Shown here: one piece after another, positions 54,927 through 59,443 of the stretch | Position numbering within the stretch: position 1 is the stretch's first letter | Layout: the number at the start of each line of letters is the position of its first letter | Translations under genes and position numbers: made by a program | Source: a virus | Lineage: Duplodnaviria > Caudoviricetes | Direction: 5' to 3' (one strand) | Length of the DNA: 59,443 bases | Virus record (IMG/VR): IMGVR_UViG_3300042195_000136 | Location: 1 to 59,443 of that record | The notes under the pieces: model-generated | Seen by the model: only the letters and a program-made list of their open reading frames with translations | Databases searched by the model: none | What the model was told of the DNA's origin: nothing

Positions 54927-55385
54927 TCAGTTCGAGTCGTCCTCCCCCTCGTTCCGTGCGCGCTCGGCCTGCCGTAGTACTGCGTCCGCGTCCGGATCTC
55001 TGGTGCCGGGCGTGGTGAGAGCGATCCCCTCGGCGGTCTGGGTGACGACCAGGCCGAGGAACTGGTAAGCCGCAGCCGCCTGCACCCGATGACGGGGGAG
55101 GTCGAGGCCGGCCGCCACGGCGCGGATGACGGACGGCTCCACCCGGATGCCTTTACCGTGACGGAGTTTCCAGAGGACGTCACGGCTGGGACGATGGCCT
55201 GTTTCGGGGTCGACGGCACGCTCCTCGAATGCGCGATAGGTGAGCCTGCGGCCCTCACCAACGCGCTCGGCAACCAACTGTGTAAGCGTCTCCGCTTCCT
55301 GTGTCATGGGTGGCTCCGTGTCCCTGCGCTCCGGGTCGGGCGTGTCGGCGTCACCTGATGGGGCCCGGTCGCGCGCGGTCGTCAT
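54927..55385 (-). CDS. Immunity repressor (XRE-like)
   Basis: LTYRAFEERAVD...SRDVLWKL..G...IRAVAAGLDL; divergent from Cro-like gene. Confidence 0.75.
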   Translation of the reverse strand: MTTARDRAPSGDADTPDPERRDTEPPMTQEAETLTQLVAERVGEGRRLTYRAFEERAVDPETGHRPSRDVLWKLRHGKGIRVEPSVIRAVAAGLDLPRHRVQAAAAYQFLGLVVTQTAEGIALTTPGTRDPDADAVLRQAERARNEGEDDSN

Positions 55386-55817
55386 TGTCCACGTTCGCCG
55401 ACACGTACGGATAGCTGGCCTGCAAAGTTCACCGGCGCATGCCGAAGAAACGGGGACAAAGTAAGTTTCTCGTTCGCGCACTGGACACAACGTGAACGCC
55501 ATGCTTAGCTTGTCAGTGTTCGCGGACACGGACAGCATGGAGGTAGCAACACGTGCCCGAATCGGGCCAAGAGCCGACCTACCGCCTCACCGACGGCGCC
55601 CTGCTGAGACGCCTGATGAGGTGCCCTGACACGGGAGGGCAACGCCACACAGTGCGCAGCCTCTCTGCCGTCACCGGCATCAGCAAAAGCAAGATCAACT
55701 GCATGCTGCGCGACCAGCAGACCAAGCTCCCCGGAAGCAAAGCATCAGCAACCGCCGAAGCCGTCGGCGTACACCGCAAGGCCCTTTTTATGCCCATCGC
55801 GTCCGCGTTCGCGGACG
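55386..55817. promoter_or_regulatory. Three related 18-bp operator-like sites
   Basis: TGTCCACGTTCGCCGACA (55386), TGTCAGTGTTCGCGGACA (55511), CGTCCGCGTTCGCGGACG (55800). Confidence 0.55.
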
Positions 55818-55846
55818 CAGACACCTCTAGGAGGGAAGTCAGATGA
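55553..55846 (+). CDS. Cro-like XRE regulator
   Basis: TVRSLSAVTGISKSKINCML...AEAVGV...LF; GGAGG RBS. Confidence 0.75.
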   Translation: MPESGQEPTYRLTDGALLRRLMRCPDTGGQRHTVRSLSAVTGISKSKINCMLRDQQTKLPGSKASATAEAVGVHRKALFMPIASAFADADTSRREVR

Positions 55847-56100
55847 ACGCCGAAGAACGCCGGCTCCGCGCCCAGCTCGGCGCAGAGATGAGCTGGGCGA
55901 AAACCCCCGACCGCACCGCCCGCACCGCACCCGGCTCCCGCGCCGCCGAAGCCCGCTTCGAGAAGCAGGCCCGCGAACTGCACCCGGACGCCGGTGACGA
56001 GTTCATCGCGAAGGTCGCCGAGAACCTGCGGCGGGCGCACTTCAGGCGGATGGGGCTGGAGTCGGCGCGTAGGCGCCGGGAGCGCACGTCGGCCGCCTGA
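55843..56100 (+). CDS. Hypothetical protein
   Basis: SWAKTPDRTART.P; ATGA overlap. Confidence 0.65.
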   Translation: MNAEERRLRAQLGAEMSWAKTPDRTARTAPGSRAAEARFEKQARELHPDAGDEFIAKVAENLRRAHFRRMGLESARRRRERTSAA

Positions 56101-56186
56101 CCAAAGAAGACGGGGCCGCCCGGACCAAGCCCGGTCCCGACGACCCCTCGGCAATGCACCAGATCCCAACGAAGGAGTGCATCACC

Positions 56187-56486
56187 TTGAGTAATCCTAC
56201 TGATCTCCCCGGCGTATCGATCGCCGTGATGACGCTGGCGCAGAAGCCGCAGGCGCGGCCGAAGGCTGTCCCGCCGGTGGAAGCGCTGTATCAGCCGCTG
56301 CCGTCCGACGCGTATGCGCCGCCGCTGGACCTCGCGGTGCGTCTTGCGCGGGAGGACTTGGCCGTGCAGCAGGGTGCGAACATTCACGACCGCGAGGCCA
56401 TGATCCGGGCGGCGGTGACGTTGGAGATCCGGCTGCGGATGTTGCTGGCGGCGCTGGACGCGGACGCGGCGGGGGTGCCGGCATGA
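56187..56486 (+). CDS. Hypothetical protein
   Basis: AAGGAG RBS and TTG. Confidence 0.55.
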   Translation: MSNPTDLPGVSIAVMTLAQKPQARPKAVPPVEALYQPLPSDAYAPPLDLAVRLAREDLAVQQGANIHDREAMIRAAVTLEIRLRMLLAALDADAAGVPA

Positions 56487-57136
56487 GCGCCGAGCACCTG
56501 AAGCGGACGGTCGCGAACACGATCGCGGGCGTGAGCCTGCACTGGAACGGCTACAACAAGAAGCCGTCCGATCTGTACGCGGCGATGGCGGATCGGCTCG
56601 CTGACGCGCAGTTGGTGCAGTCGCCGGAGACGGCGGCCGAGCTGGAGACGCTGCGGGCTCGGGTCGCCGAGTTGGAGGCCGCGGCGAAGGCAATCCGGCA
56701 TCTGCACACTGACTCGCCGATGGGTCCGTGCCCGGTGTGTGTCGACGCGGATGCGATGGGCCGGGGTGAGGACTACACGGTTCCGTTCCCGTGTCCGACG
56801 GCGCGGTTGGCGGGGGCGAAGGACTGCGACCCGCCGTACGTCAGTCGTCTGTTGCCGCCGCGTGATGCGGTCTGCGCGGGGTGTGGTCACTCCGGTGCCG
56901 AGCATCACTACGGGGGCACGAAGTGCTGGGCTCATCTGCCGAAGCAGCACGGTGACCCGATCACGATCTGTGGGTGTGCAGGGTTCGTCGCGGGCCGGGA
57001 CGTTGAGGTGTCGGCGGACAAGCTGACGCAGATCTTCGCGCCGTCGCAGGCGTTGCGTGAGGACCCGCACGATGGGCCGCTGTCTCACCCGTATCGGGTG
57101 GGCCGTGACCTGCCCGAGACGGGCGGTGCGAAGTGA
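56483..57136 (+). CDS. Cys-rich hypothetical protein
   Basis: CPVC, CAGCGH, CGC; overlaps. Confidence 0.6.
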   Translation: MSAEHLKRTVANTIAGVSLHWNGYNKKPSDLYAAMADRLADAQLVQSPETAAELETLRARVAELEAAAKAIRHLHTDSPMGPCPVCVDADAMGRGEDYTVPFPCPTARLAGAKDCDPPYVSRLLPPRDAVCAGCGHSGAEHHYGGTKCWAHLPKQHGDPITICGCAGFVAGRDVEVSADKLTQIFAPSQALREDPHDGPLSHPYRVGRDLPETGGAK

Positions 57137-57519
57137 GTGGCATCGAGTGGTACGAGCGCAAGACCGTCGCCGAGATCATCTTCCCCGCCGCAGGGCGAGG
57201 CAGCGACCTGAACGACCCCATCACCCGACGCAGTCTGCGGGCCGAATGGGTTCGGCTGGAGCTGGTCCGGAAGGAGACGCCCGACGAAGGCGCCTGCGAG
57301 TGGGCGCACGTCGCGGTGTACGGGCCACGCCGACTGAAGTCCGGCGCGCTGGGCAAGGAGATCAGCTCGTTCGGCTGGGAGTCCGCCTACGTCTACGGCT
57401 CGGCGCCGGGGACGGGTGAGGCTCGGCCGGAGTGGCTTTCGGCGGCGCTCGCGGAGCAACTGCCGGAGGGATGGAGCCGGGCACTGGTCGGGCTGCCTCG
57501 AATGGGTGGTGGCGCATGA
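57133..57519 (+). CDS. Hypothetical protein
   Basis: GPRRLKSG motif; overlaps. Confidence 0.6.
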   Translation: MSGIEWYERKTVAEIIFPAAGRGSDLNDPITRRSLRAEWVRLELVRKETPDEGACEWAHVAVYGPRRLKSGALGKEISSFGWESAYVYGSAPGTGEARPEWLSAALAEQLPEGWSRALVGLPRMGGGA

Positions 57520-57827
57520 GCCACACCCACGACCTCACCGAGTGGGCGGCGTTCCTGTCGCTCGGCACCGGTATCACCGCTACCGGCTGGCTGCTGTGGC
57601 TGCTGCTGTTCGAGCCGCTGCTGGACTGCGACCTCGACCCGCGCCCCGCACTGCAACGGGCGATCGAGTCCGGCCGTGTCGACCCGCTGCTCGTCGCGGT
57701 GGCCAACGCGAAGTACGACACCCGCGCCGCCGCCGACCGCGCGAAGCACATCCCGCGTGATGCCGCGATCACCACGGCCGCGCTCCTGATGCTCCTCTCC
57801 GCTCCTCCGAAGGGCCACCTCCGATGA
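57516..57827 (+). CDS. Membrane protein
   Basis: Hydrophobic termini; ATGA overlaps. Confidence 0.55.
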   Translation: MSHTHDLTEWAAFLSLGTGITATGWLLWLLLFEPLLDCDLDPRPALQRAIESGRVDPLLVAVANAKYDTRAAADRAKHIPRDAAITTAALLMLLSAPPKGHLR

Positions 57828-58276
57828 ACGAGACCAATGGGCCCGTGCGTGGGCCGCTGTACGTGGACGCGACGCCGCTGATGGTGACCGCTGACGTCAC
57901 CCCCCTCGTTCACGCGAACGTCGCCGAACTCCTCGACCTGCTGAGCAGCGAGTTTTACGACGACTTCCGTGAGGTCGCCGACCGGGAGCCGACCGGTCAC
58001 GACGGGCACGCGGTAGAGCGTCTCGGGTTCGAGCGGCTGACGGAGCTGCTGGTGGAGCGCATGTCGACGAAGGTCGCGTTGACCGGACCGCAGGCGGTTC
58101 GGGCCGCGGGCCGGATGCACAAGCTGGGCTTGCCGTTGGCGGCCGCGGCGGAGCGTACGAAGGCGGCGGTGACGCGTGGCGCGTCGCTGATCAAGCATCC
58201 GTCGCATGCGGCGACCCGCCGTCACCTCGCCGCGAACCCGCTTCCGGAGCAGCGCGGGATCGGCGGCGCCGCGTGA
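57824..58276 (+). CDS. Hypothetical protein
   Basis: Overlaps on both sides. Confidence 0.55.
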   Translation: MNETNGPVRGPLYVDATPLMVTADVTPLVHANVAELLDLLSSEFYDDFREVADREPTGHDGHAVERLGFERLTELLVERMSTKVALTGPQAVRAAGRMHKLGLPLAAAAERTKAAVTRGASLIKHPSHAATRRHLAANPLPEQRGIGGAA

Positions 58277-59055
58277 GTGCCGAACCCATCATCACCCGCC
58301 TCCAAGCCGCCTGGCAGGAGCCTGGCGCAGGACACCGCCTCTACAACAGCGCGGGCATCCCCAACTACAGGCCCATCGCAGGCAGCGCCGAAGACCAGAC
58401 CACCCCAGACGGCGTCAGCAACCCGCTGTGGGACGTCGTCCGCTGGATGCCCGCCGAGGCGTACTGGCCGGGCAGCGCCCTGGAGCCCACCTTCTCCACC
58501 ATCGCGTTCCCGCAGGAAACCGGCCTGGAGCTCGACGCGATCGGCGCCGGACGCCACCACCTGACCCAGCGCTACGCCTGGTCGATCATCTCGCCCGGCG
58601 ACGTGACGTGGATGGCCGAGCAGCTTGACGGCCGCGCGGTCGTCGAGATCGGCGCCGGGTCCGGCTACTGGGCCTGGCAGTTGGAGCAGGCTGGGGTCGA
58701 CGTCGCCGCGTACGACCCGAACCCGCCCGCCGACGACAACCAGTTCTGCAAAGCGGGCCCGTACACCACGGTCCTCGCCGACGACGCGACCGCGGTCAAG
58801 CACCACCAGGACCGCGCCCTGTTGATGGTGTGGCCGCCGTATGGCGGGGAGCACGCGCGGCATGCGATGTCCGTGTACGAGGGCGACCTGCTCATTTATG
58901 CGGGCGAGGACTGGGGCGGTTGCACGGCGGATGACGGCTTCTACGAGCTGTTGGAAGCCGAGTGGGACGAGGTGTCGGTCGCGCCCCGGCATGTGACGTG
59001 GTGGGGGACGCATTGCCGTCTGGCCTCGTACGTCCGGAAGGGCGGTACGGCATGA
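58273..59055 (+). CDS. Class I SAM-dependent methyltransferase-like protein
   Basis: VVEIGAGSGYWA, AYD, LLMVWPPY. Confidence 0.75.
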   Translation: MSAEPIITRLQAAWQEPGAGHRLYNSAGIPNYRPIAGSAEDQTTPDGVSNPLWDVVRWMPAEAYWPGSALEPTFSTIAFPQETGLELDAIGAGRHHLTQRYAWSIISPGDVTWMAEQLDGRAVVEIGAGSGYWAWQLEQAGVDVAAYDPNPPADDNQFCKAGPYTTVLADDATAVKHHQDRALLMVWPPYGGEHARHAMSVYEGDLLIYAGEDWGGCTADDGFYELLEAEWDEVSVAPRHVTWWGTHCRLASYVRKGGTA

Positions 59056-59443
59056 GTGTCCGTCGTCAGATCATCGCCGCGCTCTCCGAAGACAGCTACG
59101 GCGGAATCGCCACCCTCCACGACGTGGCTCACGCCGAGCAGCTCGTCGACGCCTACAAGGCCGAGATGCTCGCCGAGGCCGCCGACTACTTCGAGCAGCG
59201 GCGTCCCTCCCGAGCCGACGCAGTCAGTGACTTCGACCGAGGCCGCAGGGCCACCGTCGGCTGGGTCGTCGAGGAACTCCGCGACCAGGCCGGGGCCGGG
59301 GAGAAGGCCAGCGCCCAGGCGCCGACGGCCACTCCCACCGACACCAACCGCCGCGCCCGCCTCCTCCACGAAATCACCTTCGACGGCGGCCGGTGGAAGT
59401 CCGGCGACGTCGCCCGCTGGTACCAGACCCAAGGCCTCACCGG
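59052..59443 (+). CDS. 5' part of hypothetical protein continuing across the junction to 257
   Basis: ATGA overlap; open frame MSVRRQIIAALSED... Confidence 0.75.
   Translation, partial: MSVRRQIIAALSEDSYGGIATLHDVAHAEQLVDAYKAEMLAEAADYFEQRRPSRADAVSDFDRGRRATVGWVVEELRDQAGAGEKASAQAPTATPTDTNRRARLLHEITFDGGRWKSGDVARWYQTQGLT
59317..59443 (+). repeat. Terminal direct repeat copy 2
   Basis: Identical to 1-127. Confidence 0.95.

Larger units (their letters stand above)
1..59443. mobile_element. Complete temperate siphovirus genome (actinophage), circular/excised form
   Basis: Terminase, portal, protease, HK97 capsid, tail, lysis, integrase, repressor/Cro and replication modules are all present; ends overlap; no host housekeeping genes. 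Confidence 0.95.

Overview
The window is a complete, circularly closed temperate siphovirus genome from a high-GC actinomycete, most likely Streptomyces. Bases 1-127 are identical to 59317-59443, leaving about 59,316 bp of unique sequence. No host genes are present and attP appears intact. Starting at the switch, the order is: tyrosine integrase/attP and divergent repressor/Cro (53.4-55.8 kb); a rightward early operon that crosses the junction (Rad52-type recombinase, DEDDh exonuclease, PAPS-reductase-like protein, RuvC-like resolvase, C5 and N4/N6 methyltransferases, WhiB, vWA, replication initiator with iterons, MazG-like protein, many small ORFs); packaging, head, tail and lysis genes (28.8-53.2 kb). 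Four features stand out. (i) A Streptomyces-plasmid-type conjugation module: Kor-like repressor and operator, Spd-like membrane proteins, TraB-type FtsK translocase and clt-like repeats, with a dense 8-bp motif written into the spd/traB coding DNA. (ii) A putative attP core matching the last codons (LRDYLD*) of the principal sigma factor gene hrdB/sigA. (iii) A cassette of an orphan Phd-like regulator, an HNH-SF2 helicase fusion and a ParB-HTH-like partner. (iv) A hidden overlapping head-region ORF with no canonical start codon. All family calls come from motif recognition by eye; no database searches were run.
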